DNA of 64,000 nucleotides, taken from the IMG/VR virus record IMGVR_UViG_3300014204_000161, positions 1 through 64,000 of that record. One strand, 5' to 3'. This document shows positions 26,005-36,701 of the stretch, in pieces. How positions within the stretch are numbered: the stretch's first letter is position 1; every line of letters begins with the position of its first letter. The notes beneath the pieces are model-generated. The model had not been told where the DNA came from, did no database searches, and worked only from the letters and a program-made list of their open reading frames with translations. The DNA comes from a virus. Lineage: Duplodnaviria; Caudoviricetes. Both the position numbers and the translations under genes were made by a program.

Positions 26005-27603
26005 ATGATCAAAGGACCGATTAAGTACTTCAACGATTGGAAATTATTCGAAAGCGAACAGGGTGATCAGCCAGTTCAACCGGTGGATCCTAATTCAGCA
26101 GCATCTATCCTTGCCTCAGTAAAGGCTGAGGACGAAAGAACTGGAGTATCTACTGTTCCTGGGTACGATGCAGTAATGAAATGGTGGAGTGATGGTCACG
26201 GACAAAGCACGTTCTGGGCATCATTCATTAAGTCTCATGCTGAAAGCAAGTACGATAAAATACATTCACTATCTTCTGCTAAGTACTGGGCAGGACAAGG
26301 ATCTAACCCACAAGCGGAACAGAAGTTCAATAGTTTCATTAAGGTCGTGGACGCTCTGATCGCAAAGAAAGCTGATCCAACTCTAGCTCCATACCAATTC
26401 CTTAACGATCTGGTGGAAGTGAAGAGACAGTTGGAAGAAAAAAGAAAGGCTGGAGTTCTAATTAGCCAGTATTCTGGAGAGTTCGGAAAGTTCATTCCGG
26501 CTTACTTTATGTCTCAACCTGGCGGAAACGTGGATCCTATCGTTCAGACCATACAGAATGGAACTGCTCAGGACCAGAAGTACATGCAGTACGTTGCCCT
26601 TATTAAGAACTTCCAGGCAAGAATAAATGCTAAACAGTCACCACCTCTCACCCAAGCTTTGTCGGAACTTACTGCTAAATTTCAAAAGGGTCCTGGAGAA
26701 TTCGCAAAATGGACAACGTCCACTACCATTAGTTCGGAAGAAAAGAAACAGTTGCTCGCTAGCATTTCTCAAAAGGCTACCGCGTACTTGGAAAGAATGC
26801 AGAAGTACTCTCCAGAATCAAAGATCACAAATTTGAACTCGGCAATACTTGCGGCTACTGACTTATCGATAGCTCCAAATGGAGACAACATCACAATCAT
26901 GCCAGCAGCAAAACCGGTAATTACAACGTCAATAGTGACCGGCCAGTATCCAGCAGTTCCAATAGTCGATGGAGCTTTTGATTCTCATTCAGAAGAGATG
27001 ACTAAAGCTAAAGCCCTTTTTCAGGATAACGTTGCTGTTCTAAAACCAGAGAGCATTTCTGCTATCCAGCAATCAGTTGACGAAGCTGTGAAGCTAATAA
27101 CTGAGCAGGGCGGAAAAATAAAGAATGTGACTTTATTTGGAGCAGCAAGCACGAGCAAAGTTCCAACGCAGTCGTACGCTGGCGGAAATAAGAAATTAAC
27201 TACAGATCGTTTCAATGCTCTAATTGAAGCATTTAAGAAAGCATTCGAAGGAAAGGCTGAGGCCATAACGGTTGACTCAAGTCGGAGTAAAATAACTCCG
27301 GAACAGGGACCAGACTGGAACGATCAAGCTAGAGCAAAGTACATGCCAAACGGTCAGAAAACCCCTGAATACGAAACGACTTTCGGTCCATATCGATATG
27401 CTATCGGGTATTTTGAAATCCAATACGTTATAGAAACTCAAGAAGAAAAAACTTTCGAACCTTCAGTTCTTGCGGTTGGAAAATGGAAAGCTTTGATTGG
27501 TTGGAGAGGTGAGGGTATCAAGCTGAGAATTCCGCCAATCCTCACTATTAAATTACGGAACGGCAGCACACCAAGCGTACCAGGTAAATGTTCTCCATGG
27601 TAA
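26005..27603 (+). CDS. large hypothetical protein with OmpA-like C-terminal region
   Basis: 'KYFNDWKLFES' N-terminus; 'VTLFGAAST...NKKLTTDRFNAL'. Confidence 0.6.
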   Translation: MIKGPIKYFNDWKLFESEQGDQPVQPVDPNSAASILASVKAEDERTGVSTVPGYDAVMKWWSDGHGQSTFWASFIKSHAESKYDKIHSLSSAKYWAGQGSNPQAEQKFNSFIKVVDALIAKKADPTLAPYQFLNDLVEVKRQLEEKRKAGVLISQYSGEFGKFIPAYFMSQPGGNVDPIVQTIQNGTAQDQKYMQYVALIKNFQARINAKQSPPLTQALSELTAKFQKGPGEFAKWTTSTTISSEEKKQLLASISQKATAYLERMQKYSPESKITNLNSAILAATDLSIAPNGDNITIMPAAKPVITTSIVTGQYPAVPIVDGAFDSHSEEMTKAKALFQDNVAVLKPESISAIQQSVDEAVKLITEQGGKIKNVTLFGAASTSKVPTQSYAGGNKKLTTDRFNALIEAFKKAFEGKAEAITVDSSRSKITPEQGPDWNDQARAKYMPNGQKTPEYETTFGPYRYAIGYFEIQYVIETQEEKTFEPSVLAVGKWKALIGWRGEGIKLRIPPILTIKLRNGSTPSVPGKCSPW

Positions 27604-28140
27604 CTATTCGACAGTAGTTAACTGACTACCTACCTTCGTTCCAGCAACCATCGTTGCTACGACCAAGTAGCCAATCCCGTTGTTTACGTATTCGCCGCCA
27701 ATATCGAAGCCTACGCTAGTAGTTTCAGGAATAGTCATTGCCATGTTATGACCAGGCGAAGATTTCCAACCATCGAATGCGCACTTAATATCTTCGTCAG
27801 TTACTCCGCTAACTCCGGAGGCTTTTGCATTACTGTGTAAGTCCCCGTAACAATTTTCGACTACTGAATACTGTCGTATCTTATCTCTGTAAAACGGGTC
27901 GATGATTTCTAATCTCGAATGAACACCAATGCCATGGCTGATTTTTTCGAATCTTTTCATCCAAGTAGATTGGACTTTCGCAGCCGAATCAAGAAGCGGA
28001 TCGTACTGAACTGGTGTTAATCCCAAACTAATACGATAATCATTGATCAGCTTGAGAAACATTAGATCGTGCTTGTCCTGCGAAAAGGCTAACGATATGC
28101 TAGCCAAGACTAAGATGATTATAACGAGCGCTTTCTTCAT
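27604..28140 (-). CDS. CAP/SCP domain protein with signal peptide
   Basis: 'LINDYR...L...A', 'EN', 'GWKSSPGH'. Confidence 0.8.
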   Translation of the reverse strand: MKKALVIIILVLASISLAFSQDKHDLMFLKLINDYRISLGLTPVQYDPLLDSAAKVQSTWMKRFEKISHGIGVHSRLEIIDPFYRDKIRQYSVVENCYGDLHSNAKASGVSGVTDEDIKCAFDGWKSSPGHNMAMTIPETTSVGFDIGGEYVNNGIGYLVVATMVAGTKVGSQLTTVE

Positions 28141-28165
28141 GTGATTATTATACTACTACTTAGCC

Positions 28166-28192
28166 AAAAAAAGCCGGATATCCGGCTTTTTT
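28166..28192. terminator. bidirectional terminator
   Basis: A7-GCCGGA-TA-TCCGGC-T6. Confidence 0.8.
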
Positions 28193-28205
28193 CGTTACTG
28201 CGAGT

Positions 28206-28916
28206 TTACTTTTTAACCGGTGGAATTGGTTTTTCGGTTACCTTTCCTTTTTGATCAGTTTCAGCCATCTTCTTTATGTTCTTCTTGAAAAGTTCTGTCT
28301 TGGAAACTGGTTTTTCCTGTTTAACTGGGGCTTTTCTTGCTACCTCTTTTATTTTCAGGTTAGGAAATCCGCCAGTCTGTTTCTTTTTGCGACCTTCGAA
28401 CAGAGGATCTTCTTCGTCGTCCGGTTCAGCTCTGAACGTCTTATCGACGTCTGCTAATGCTTCTGGCTCTTCAGGCACATCTCCGAATTCGTCCTTAGGC
28501 TCATTTTCGTACTGATCTACGAAATCATCTTCTTCCGTTTCGGTTTTTGATCTTCGAGCTTCCTTAGGTTTGAACTCGATTGAGTACGAAGCTTCCTTGG
28601 TAGTAGGATCGGCATCGTCCAGCGTTAAATTAACGTCATACGGTTTTCCGCTCCATGTTTCAAAACCGAAGTCCCTTAACGTTAGCTTGTCCGGTGCATA
28701 CTGGAAGTCCTGATCGCTCAGCTTTACTCGAATGGTATTTCCTTCAACTCCGAGAATCTTGTGACCTTCAAAGTTTCCGTTGACTATTCCTGCTGCAATT
28801 TTGGAAACTTCTTCCGGCATTGCGGTTCCAACCTCAGCTGCTAAATCAGTACCAATTTCTTCATTTGCAAAATTTTCGTTTACGAATCCTTTGAAGTCGA
28901 GAATGAAAGTTTTCAT
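28206..28916 (-). CDS. acidic/basic protein with capsid-targeting-like N-terminus
   Basis: 'MKTFILDFKGFVNEN'. Confidence 0.8.
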   Translation of the reverse strand: MKTFILDFKGFVNENFANEEIGTDLAAEVGTAMPEEVSKIAAGIVNGNFEGHKILGVEGNTIRVKLSDQDFQYAPDKLTLRDFGFETWSGKPYDVNLTLDDADPTTKEASYSIEFKPKEARRSKTETEEDDFVDQYENEPKDEFGDVPEEPEALADVDKTFRAEPDDEEDPLFEGRKKKQTGGFPNLKIKEVARKAPVKQEKPVSKTELFKKNIKKMAETDQKGKVTEKPIPPVKK

Positions 28917-28943
28917 GTGTATCAATGTAATTTTATGGAGAAA

Positions 28944-29318
28944 TTATTTCTTTTTGTCCAAACCGAAGTTCTTTCTAGCTTGTTCGCTTTTTGACAGCTT
29001 AGGACCAGTTTTTCCAGCAGGTTTAGCAGGGTCCTTTTCGTCCTTACCGTTTGGTTTTCCGAATGCGAAAGGCTTACCTTTTTCTGTTGGTTTCTTTGCT
29101 CCCTTTTCAAAAGGCTTTCCGAACGGAGGTTTCTTTGCCTCTGTAATTTCGGGAAACTCGCTAGGCTTATCGAATTCTTGGGCAGCAGCAGTTAACTCTT
29201 CCTGTTTGGCGCCGCATTCTGCGCAAGTGCCATCTTCCATTATTGCTCCGCCACATTCACATGTAGGTTCTAGCATTTCATTTACGAATTGACCGAAGCC
29301 TAATACAAACTGTTTCAT
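28944..29318 (-). CDS. K/P-rich protein with capsid-targeting-like N-terminus and Cys cluster
   Basis: 'MKQFVLGFGQFVNE'; 'CECGG...CAECG'. Confidence 0.8.
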   Translation of the reverse strand: MKQFVLGFGQFVNEMLEPTCECGGAIMEDGTCAECGAKQEELTAAAQEFDKPSEFPEITEAKKPPFGKPFEKGAKKPTEKGKPFAFGKPNGKDEKDPAKPAGKTGPKLSKSEQARKNFGLDKKK

Positions 29319-29333
29319 TATCGATTTATTATT

Positions 29334-29780
29334 TTACGGCTCTACGTCCGAATCTTCTGATGTTATTCCGAGCATCTCGTCATTGAACTTATCGTATTCG
29401 GCCACAGTGTCCTTCATCGTTTGATTAAGGGTGGTCAATTCTGCCTTCAACTCTTCAATTTTTTGCGTGTCCTCTTCGGATACTGAGTTTTGCCGAGTTT
29501 CAATAGGGATTCCCATGTACTCTTTCTGTTTCTCCTTGAATGCTTTTATTGCTTCCTTTCTGGCCTTATCAATTTCATCGAATCGATCGGCTTCGGAAGC
29601 AGGCGATTGAGAAGCATCTTCAACTGGTGGAACATCAGTAGGTGATGCATCCGATACTCCAGTGGTGTCTGTGACTGGTTGTTCTATTGGAGCAGCAGGA
29701 GGCGGAGCGACAGGATTAGTCGGATCGACCTGTTCTGATTCCTTTATCCACTCATCGTACATTTTAACTGAAACTGACAT
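29334..29780 (-). CDS. late coiled-coil protein
   Basis: 'KMYDEWIKE'; ATAAATA at 29801-29807. Confidence 0.8.
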   Translation of the reverse strand: MSVSVKMYDEWIKESEQVDPTNPVAPPPAAPIEQPVTDTTGVSDASPTDVPPVEDASQSPASEADRFDEIDKARKEAIKAFKEKQKEYMGIPIETRQNSVSEEDTQKIEELKAELTTLNQTMKDTVAEYDKFNDEMLGITSEDSDVEP

Positions 29781-29835
29781 GTCGGTAACTCATTTTGTTT
29801 TATTTATCAGAGAGCCGAGAATAAATAACTGTACG

Positions 29836-30186
29836 ATGAGCATTTTACTATTCGAACAGTGGGTCAATGAAAACTACCGACCTTTGCGTGTGCTTGACGA
29901 CCTTGACATCAACCGTCGTTACAAGGGAACCAGGTATGAGTACGAGCTTTTTCCAAGGTTCAGGAGATTGCAATCAAGAATAAAGCAACTGGACAAAAAA
30001 CCTGGAATAGAAGAATGGTTCAAAATGATGCAGAACTCGGACAACGAATTCTACTCAATGGTATTGACTGGCGCATTGGGTCAGCCGGACGTACGGGAAC
30101 TATGGCGAGATCTAACTGGCCAGAGATCCTCAAGAATGAAGAAATACAATTTAGCTGAAAGCAATGAAACCTCGCAATCCACATAG
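29836..30186 (+). CDS. late protein with capsid-targeting-like N-terminus
   Basis: 'ILLFEQWVNEN'; ATAAATA at 29821-29827. Confidence 0.8.
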   Translation: MSILLFEQWVNENYRPLRVLDDLDINRRYKGTRYEYELFPRFRRLQSRIKQLDKKPGIEEWFKMMQNSDNEFYSMVLTGALGQPDVRELWRDLTGQRSSRMKKYNLAESNETSQST

Positions 30187-30595
30187 AAAACCGTTACCTC
30201 CAGTGAAGAACGACAGACGGTTATTTTTTGGATGGAAAAATACCAAGTGGTTCATCACAGAAGTGGGAAACATGTACTCGAGCAAACCGTCGTACTTCTC
30301 AAAGAAGAGAATTGAATCTGGTGTGGCCTTTATCATCGGTCAAGCTGGTATGATCATGTTCTTACTGTTTAAGTACAAAACTCTGGACATGACCGATTTC
30401 ATAATGTGGGCTTCTTTGGAATTCGCAGTTGGCGGATACATCACTTACCAAATTCAGAGACAGAGGCGATACGATTCGGATAACGGGTATGGAGATTATT
30501 ACAATAACAATGGTTACTCTGACCAATCTAACGATCACGAACATCACGATCAATACCAACAGGATAATGATGGAACTACGAACGGCCCAATTTAA
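30164..30595 (+). CDS. membrane protein (holin-like possible)
   Basis: Two TM segments, polar C-tail. Confidence 0.55.
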   Translation: MKPRNPHRKPLPPVKNDRRLFFGWKNTKWFITEVGNMYSSKPSYFSKKRIESGVAFIIGQAGMIMFLLFKYKTLDMTDFIMWASLEFAVGGYITYQIQRQRRYDSDNGYGDYYNNNGYSDQSNDHEHHDQYQQDNDGTTNGPI

Positions 30596-31305
30596 GGCTG
30601 TTTAGTCAGCAGAATCCTGTCCAATTCATCAATCCAAGCGAACATTTCTTCTATGAGCATCGGCCCACTGTGAAGGCATGAGTCATCTTTTGCTTGCAAA
30701 GATTCGGTTACTTGCATGGAAAGTGATACCTGAGAAAGAATGCAATGAATTACTTCGAATAACATCCACTTCATCACTCCGTCCAACAATATTTCTTCGT
30801 TCGTTATGTCAGTGTATTCCATGAAAAAGTCAATGCCGAAAGGTAGGGAACACCAGGCTCTAACGTCGAACGAGGTCAAATGGTAAACTGATTCTTCTTC
30901 TATCTCATCGTCGATTTTCAATCCCATCATTACTGGGTAAACGCTAAGGAAGTCAGTATTATCGTCCTTTATTGGAGTTACTTCGCCTATTTTGAAAAGG
31001 TAAACGCAATTCATTGGAACCTTTGGTTTCTTCTCTAGCGGTTTTTGTAAGACAGCATATATGTCCTTTAACTGTATACCTGCTAAACTATTAGAGAATA
31101 TTTGTTGCAACTGGTCAGCGTACGGTTCAAGCAATCGTAGTATGTCGCAAGTGGATAGTTCGCCTTCGATTTGAACCGAATACGGTAAGTACCAAGATAT
31201 TGGCAACTGGGCTTCAGCAATCTCCTTATCGATCCATGAAGCTGACTGTTCGTCCCAGAAGGAAAAGAAGATCCCCTCCTTTTTTAGAGTTATCTTTTGC
31301 ATCAA
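30592..31305 (-). CDS. hypothetical late protein
   Basis: TATAAATA upstream (31309-31316). Confidence 0.75.
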   Translation of the reverse strand: MMQKITLKKEGIFFSFWDEQSASWIDKEIAEAQLPISWYLPYSVQIEGELSTCDILRLLEPYADQLQQIFSNSLAGIQLKDIYAVLQKPLEKKPKVPMNCVYLFKIGEVTPIKDDNTDFLSVYPVMMGLKIDDEIEEESVYHLTSFDVRAWCSLPFGIDFFMEYTDITNEEILLDGVMKWMLFEVIHCILSQVSLSMQVTESLQAKDDSCLHSGPMLIEEMFAWIDELDRILLTKQP

Positions 31306-31349
31306 GTTTATTTATAAGATCGAATAAATAATCAGAAAGATCAGACCTA

Positions 31350-33269
31350 ATGATCAATTCCTTTATTCAATTGGTTCATGAATCAGCAGAAGTTAGTGAA
31401 ATGGGGCTAAAGAATATCGAAACTCTTACTAACAGTGAACTTGGTCCAATACGAAAATTCACGTTAGTGTTAAAAGAGCTTCTCACCGCAATGCGAGCAA
31501 TGAAAGGTTCCGACATCGTAATGGAACAACAATCAAACCAAAGAAGATACTATCCAAGGTTACCACAGAATGTAGTTGCTCTGATGAGAGAGCTGCAATC
31601 AGTTGATCAAGGAAAGACCGATGCCACCATCGGTAATTGGAAGGACTTAGACCCAGATAATTGGGACACAATCTATTTCAAAACGGACGCACCTGATTTG
31701 TATCAGAGAAGCCATTTTCCAAATGGTGGAATTCCAGTTAGTTTGCGTGGAATAGGACTCGGTGGAAAATTATATCGAGCCTTAGTAAAAAAAGTCGGAT
31801 ACATTTCTTCTAATACTAGCGGTACTCGAGAGAAGGATAATGCATGGGGAACTCTATTATCATTCAAGGGAAATCCAGACGGAACTCCTTCTAGCGAAGA
31901 TGTTCATGGAATAGTCGGGCCTAGCAGTTGGATGGCAATTGATAGGAGTTTGCCTGATAACAAGAAAGCTGAAATTGCCATGAATTTCATAAATGGATCA
32001 ATTAGGCCTCGCAATACTGACCCAAACGAATTCGACATGGACGATGATTTGCTGGATGTTTTACCTGACGATTTTTTATCCGGCCTGAGTGGAGCTTATT
32101 TAAGATCTTTGGTTACTCGCGGTAGGCTTACCCAGGAACGCTTGCACCAAATTGAATCTTCACGTGGAGAAGCAGAACGTCGTGAACGCGAAAGAATGGA
32201 AACTGCCGCTGCTGCTGAGAGGGAAAGATTGGCTAGGGAAGAACGACTGACACGAAAGAGACTCATTGCAAGGATTGCACGGTTCGGTGCTGATCCGGAC
32301 GCCGATTGGGATCTTAGGGATTACATTGTCGTGAAGCAGTACCTGTACCAAGCAGATTACGAACTGTTGCCAATTCGAAGAGTTGAGGCTATCCGTAATG
32401 GCGAGTATGTTGCAGTTAGTATCAAAGACGCGATTAGACTTCAAAATAACGAAATAACTCTTGACCAGTGCGGTGATACTCGAACTACTCGCGATAAAAC
32501 GCGTTGGGTAAAAGTAAATCTTAACGAAATTCCAGATCTTGACAATGTAAACTTGAGTCCACCAGAAAAGAGATACATTGAATCTCAATTGAATCCTGAC
32601 GTAGCTGCAAGAATACAAGCAGAAAGAGACGAAGAAGAAAGATTAAGAAGGGAAAGAGAGCGCGAAGCAAATGCTCCTAGAGTTACTGCGAATAGACCTG
32701 CTGAAACTTTTGGAATGGTTCCATCTGGCGGAGCAGAAATTAAAGATTGGTTAACTGATCGCCCAAATCATTCAACTTACCAGAACACATTGAGACTGTT
32801 CAAGGATCCAAGGTTCGTTCGTGAAATGCGATTCATTGTTCTTGGCCCTCCACAGAGAGCCGCAATGCGAAATTCTTGGGGAATTCCGGTGTTCATCCCT
32901 TGGATAAGAAACGGAAGAAACGGAATGCGGCCTATCATGACGATCGACGAATTGAATGGGTCAGCTCATCCGCATCTCACGAATGCAGTTACAGGATTCG
33001 AACTGGAAGGACCTTTTTCTGGATTGGGACTGACTGCTTATCCTTTAGCTGAAGTAACGATTGCTGATAAATTGGGAGCTAGAGCTGGAGAACACTTCTA
33101 TGTCGCTGCTCATCAGAACACGTACGGAATAATTGCTAAAAGCGATTATGGAGCAGTCAATACGAATCGTCAGAGATTCATCTACATAAAGGCATACGGT
33201 TTTGCCGGTCGTAGCGTATCGGTTAGGCTCGATCTCCTGAGAAAGCTTGGAGCCCCTGTTGAAGTGTAA
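31350..33269 (+). CDS. large late protein with GNAT-like motif
   Basis: 'SLRGIGLGGKLYRAL'; ATAAATA at 31324-31330; 'NSFIQLVHES'. Confidence 0.7.
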   Translation: MINSFIQLVHESAEVSEMGLKNIETLTNSELGPIRKFTLVLKELLTAMRAMKGSDIVMEQQSNQRRYYPRLPQNVVALMRELQSVDQGKTDATIGNWKDLDPDNWDTIYFKTDAPDLYQRSHFPNGGIPVSLRGIGLGGKLYRALVKKVGYISSNTSGTREKDNAWGTLLSFKGNPDGTPSSEDVHGIVGPSSWMAIDRSLPDNKKAEIAMNFINGSIRPRNTDPNEFDMDDDLLDVLPDDFLSGLSGAYLRSLVTRGRLTQERLHQIESSRGEAERRERERMETAAAAERERLAREERLTRKRLIARIARFGADPDADWDLRDYIVVKQYLYQADYELLPIRRVEAIRNGEYVAVSIKDAIRLQNNEITLDQCGDTRTTRDKTRWVKVNLNEIPDLDNVNLSPPEKRYIESQLNPDVAARIQAERDEEERLRREREREANAPRVTANRPAETFGMVPSGGAEIKDWLTDRPNHSTYQNTLRLFKDPRFVREMRFIVLGPPQRAAMRNSWGIPVFIPWIRNGRNGMRPIMTIDELNGSAHPHLTNAVTGFELEGPFSGLGLTAYPLAEVTIADKLGARAGEHFYVAAHQNTYGIIAKSDYGAVNTNRQRFIYIKAYGFAGRSVSVRLDLLRKLGAPVEV

Positions 33270-34011
33270 TGGGTGGATGTAATTCGTAGAATTTCGTTAA
33301 CCTATCTTTGAATTGTAAGTAGTAATCCCTAATGTCACGAGCTTGCATTACGAAAGTTTGAGGCTCGTGAGTCTTTTCGTTAGAGATCAAAATTCGACAA
33401 ACTGTTGTTTTTATTTTCATCCTATCCCAAACTGCAATGGCATATGCTGCAACTTGAAGCTTGTAATCGGTGATCCATGCTTCATCCTTTGGTTTCTTTG
33501 CAGTCTTGAAATCTATGATAGAGTATTCGTTCGTAATTAGTTGGGATAAATTATCGAGAGTTCCTGCATATCCTCCATCTCGAGCAGTCCATAGGAATTT
33601 TTCCTGAGCGATCACTACGTTAATATCGTTGAACGATCCGGCCCTAATGTAATTGTAAAAGAGAGCTCCACCAACAATCTTTGCACGATTGTCGAATTTA
33701 TCGATCTCATCGTCCAATCTTGATAGGGATAGGGTTTCGTTTAATCGGTCAGCAGTGGATAGTGATAAAGGTAGGTTCAAGTAGATTTCACAAAGCCTGT
33801 GCATGACAGTTCCGCGTTTAGTAGCATCAGTGCTTACTTCATGAGCTTTCTTCTCGCCGATCCTGCCCTTCCATTCTTCTAGCCATTCCTTATCTGCAGT
33901 CTCTCCGAGGACCGAGGTCACACTCGGGAACGTTCCGATATATGTATCTCCATCCTTTACTTGATAGTACCTGAAACCATTAAGGGTGACTCTTTTTATT
34001 GTCTCACTCAT
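33223..34011 (-). CDS. PD-(D/E)xK exonuclease
   Basis: 'PSVTSVL', 'RGTVMH', 'E', 'YAGTLD', 'IIDFKT', 'QVAAYA'. Confidence 0.85.
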   Translation of the reverse strand: MSETIKRVTLNGFRYYQVKDGDTYIGTFPSVTSVLGETADKEWLEEWKGRIGEKKAHEVSTDATKRGTVMHRLCEIYLNLPLSLSTADRLNETLSLSRLDDEIDKFDNRAKIVGGALFYNYIRAGSFNDINVVIAQEKFLWTARDGGYAGTLDNLSQLITNEYSIIDFKTAKKPKDEAWITDYKLQVAAYAIAVWDRMKIKTTVCRILISNEKTHEPQTFVMQARDIRDYYLQFKDRLTKFYELHPPITLQQGLQAFSGDRA

Positions 34012-34069
34012 TCAAATAAATAATTTAGTTAGCAAAGATTCTAGTACAAAAAATAGAGAAATAGTTTAC

Positions 34070-34996
34070 ATGAGCAATCCCTTGATCGAAAAAGAACAGA
34101 ACAAAAGCTTCGTTGACTGGCTTACTGGTAAGAAGGAAGTTGGCGAACCTGCACAAGCCGAACAGGGTAAACCTTCTGGCATGATGGGCGATAACGTAGA
34201 GCAATTTTACAAGGACCTCGAAGATTTCGCAAGCTCAGGAAAAGCAATGACGGTTCAGAGCAAGGGGCAAATGACCTATTCTAAATTAGTGGAAGAGATT
34301 CAGTTGGCTTTGGAATTATTAGGTTACAAGCTGCAAAGATTCGGAGTCGATGGGTTATTCGGTCCTGAAACTGCTCAAGCCATTCAGAAATTCAATGAAG
34401 ACACCAAAGCTAATCCAGTAGACGAAGCCATCATTAACTTCAAAGATTTTACGTCTCATATTTACGAAGCGACGGAACCAGAAGTAACTGTCATTGACTC
34501 CGATTTAATTCGTAGATTGATCGTCAACTTAAAGAATCGCAATTTTTCGCAGGCAGCAATCCAGAAACACGCTAGGCCACAGGGAGTTACTTTGACTTCT
34601 GAAGAAGACGAAGAATTTTACAAGGCAATTCTAAAGGGAATTGGAGCAAATGAAACTCCAGAAAAGATAAAGTTCCTAAAGGCTTGGAGACAGGGCGAAG
34701 GTGGAAAGGCCAAGAACAATCCGTTCAACACGACTAAGGACGTGAATGCCGGCGGAGTTTCGAATTACAATTCCGTTGGGGTAAAGAACTACCCAGATAG
34801 GCAGACCGGATTGAATGCTACCATTTCGACATTACTTCTTCCTTACTACAAGAATTTGGTAGCCTTATTGCAGAATGATAACGTAACTGCTGATCAATTA
34901 GCAGCATGCCCAGACCTTCATACTTGGGGAACTGGCGATAATGCTAGAAATGTTTTGGCTTCACGGAGTATCAATCCTCCGCCAATTTATGCCTGA
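34070..34996 (+). CDS. peptidoglycan-binding + lysozyme-like protein
   Basis: 'IQLALELLGY...GVDGLFGPETAQAI'; 'AWRQGEGG...NNPFNTT...NSVGVKNY'. Confidence 0.7.
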   Translation: MSNPLIEKEQNKSFVDWLTGKKEVGEPAQAEQGKPSGMMGDNVEQFYKDLEDFASSGKAMTVQSKGQMTYSKLVEEIQLALELLGYKLQRFGVDGLFGPETAQAIQKFNEDTKANPVDEAIINFKDFTSHIYEATEPEVTVIDSDLIRRLIVNLKNRNFSQAAIQKHARPQGVTLTSEEDEEFYKAILKGIGANETPEKIKFLKAWRQGEGGKAKNNPFNTTKDVNAGGVSNYNSVGVKNYPDRQTGLNATISTLLLPYYKNLVALLQNDNVTADQLAACPDLHTWGTGDNARNVLASRSINPPPIYA

Positions 34997-35679
34997 GACT
35001 CGACAATAATATCGTCGAAAACTACCGGAACCCTTTTCTTTACTTCGGCCAAAAGCGGTATCATTACCTCTCTCATTTGTGGGTGTGCAGCAGTGGCAGT
35101 CCTCTGCTTAAAAATAGTTCGCCATTCACGGAAATTAGCAGTGACAACGATCTCAGTTTTTAGAGAATTCGGAAGAACTGCCCTAGCTTGCTGAGGTTGC
35201 CAACCGGCAGCTATCAATTCTAAGTAAGTTTTTTCGCTTTCGAGCAACGATTTTGCCCATTTGAGATCAAGGAGATTGGAGAATTGAACGTCCTTATTCC
35301 ATTCGAAATTTTCCAATGTGACTGAACCTTCCTGAGTATTCGGCATCCAACATGGAATGACGAACGTTATTTCGTTGTCGAATTTATCCTTTGAGTAATT
35401 GCAGTACCTCGTACTTTCCTGGGAAAATGATGCAAGACGATGACGAACGATTTCGTGAGATACTCCACGATCGATTATGAATTTTACGGTCATTGATGCA
35501 TGTTCTATCACCGATTCGTGATGCCTTCCCAGAATCATCTTTATGAAAGCTTTTGCAGATTCTTCGGTCATCTTATCCTCGCTCTTGTAACAGGTTCTTC
35601 CTGCCAATTCGATAAGCTTAAGTAAGTACTCAGTGTTCAGATCGCTGAGGATCTCGTACGATGGTTTAACTAATTTCAT
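34987..35679 (-). CDS. thyX: FAD-dependent thymidylate synthase
   Basis: 'HESVIEH', 'RGVSHEIVRHRLASFSQESTRY'. Confidence 0.95.
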   Translation of the reverse strand: MKLVKPSYEILSDLNTEYLLKLIELAGRTCYKSEDKMTEESAKAFIKMILGRHHESVIEHASMTVKFIIDRGVSHEIVRHRLASFSQESTRYCNYSKDKFDNEITFVIPCWMPNTQEGSVTLENFEWNKDVQFSNLLDLKWAKSLLESEKTYLELIAAGWQPQQARAVLPNSLKTEIVVTANFREWRTIFKQRTATAAHPQMREVMIPLLAEVKKRVPVVFDDIIVESQA

Positions 35680-36094
35680 TAGGGTTCTGGCTATTTTTTA
35701 GACCTATGAATTTGAAGGTCTTTCCTTTATTTTCGTCGAAGTTCAAGCTTCTGAACGGTTCGCTATTTCCACCAAATTCCCAGATCTCTCCGTCCTTTGG
35801 CGCTGGTCTATCGTATTCTGCTCTCAGTATTTCTAGCTTACGATTTAGAAATGCAATATCGTGCTGCAATTTCAGAGATTTCCATTCTGCATCCAATTGA
35901 TCAATTACTGGGTCGTTGAAATTCTTGGTGACTCCCGTCTTATCGAACATGATCCAGTGATTGGAATTCATTATGTTCCATCTGGTTCCAGTAGTAAGTT
36001 GGTAAAGAAACAGAAGACGAGATTCTGTTATTTCACCGTGATCAGAAATTAGACGATTGAAGACCAGGTTTCCCAGATCGATTAAGTCCTTCAT
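35666..36094 (-). CDS. hypothetical protein
   Basis: Between the phosphoesterase and thyX. Confidence 0.6.
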   Translation of the reverse strand: MKDLIDLGNLVFNRLISDHGEITESRLLFLYQLTTGTRWNIMNSNHWIMFDKTGVTKNFNDPVIDQLDAEWKSLKLQHDIAFLNRKLEILRAEYDRPAPKDGEIWEFGGNSEPFRSLNFDENKGKTFKFIGLKNSQNPNEIS

Positions 36095-36701
36095 TGTTCT
36101 CTTCGATTTTTTTCTTCAACCAATCGTACTGAACTGGTTTGTAATCAGTTAAACACGCTGCAGCAGAGTAAGCATTCTTGATTGGGTACACGTTCTTGTG
36201 AGTGTGCCCATAAATGTGATAAGTATCTCGGAAAGCTCCGTTATGTTCAGCTATTGGGTAATGAAATAGGACCAACTTACGAAGGTAATCGTAACCGATT
36301 GGATAGTTGGTAACTTCCTTGCACTTCACAAAGATTTCCTTGTAAGAAGAGAACTCGATTATGTTCGCTACTCTCTTCAGTTCTCGTTGCCAGGCTTCAT
36401 CCACATGATAATCGTGATTTCCCCAGATCCATACTATTTTTCCAGGAAGATCCTTGAAACATTCCTTGACGTAACTCAATTTGGTTCGTGGCATTGCTGC
36501 ATCTCCCAAAAAGAATACTGTGTCAGTTGGCTGAACTAGAGAGAACCAGTTACCAATGATAGTCTTATCGTGTTCTTCGATGTTAGCAAATGAATGACGA
36601 CCTTCTTCAAACTTCAAAACGTTATCGTGTCCGAAGTGGAGATCGCTAATGAACCAGGTGTCGGCTGGTTCGAATACTTGATTTTCGTTAAAATGTGACA
36701 T
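36042..36701 (-). CDS. calcineurin-like metallophosphoesterase
   Basis: 'SDLHFGH', 'LGD', 'GNHD', 'HYP', 'GHTH'. Confidence 0.9.
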   Translation of the reverse strand: MSHFNENQVFEPADTWFISDLHFGHDNVLKFEEGRHSFANIEEHDKTIIGNWFSLVQPTDTVFFLGDAAMPRTKLSYVKECFKDLPGKIVWIWGNHDYHVDEAWQRELKRVANIIEFSSYKEIFVKCKEVTNYPIGYDYLRKLVLFHYPIAEHNGAFRDTYHIYGHTHKNVYPIKNAYSAAACLTDYKPVQYDWLKKKIEENNEGLNRSGKPGLQSSNF

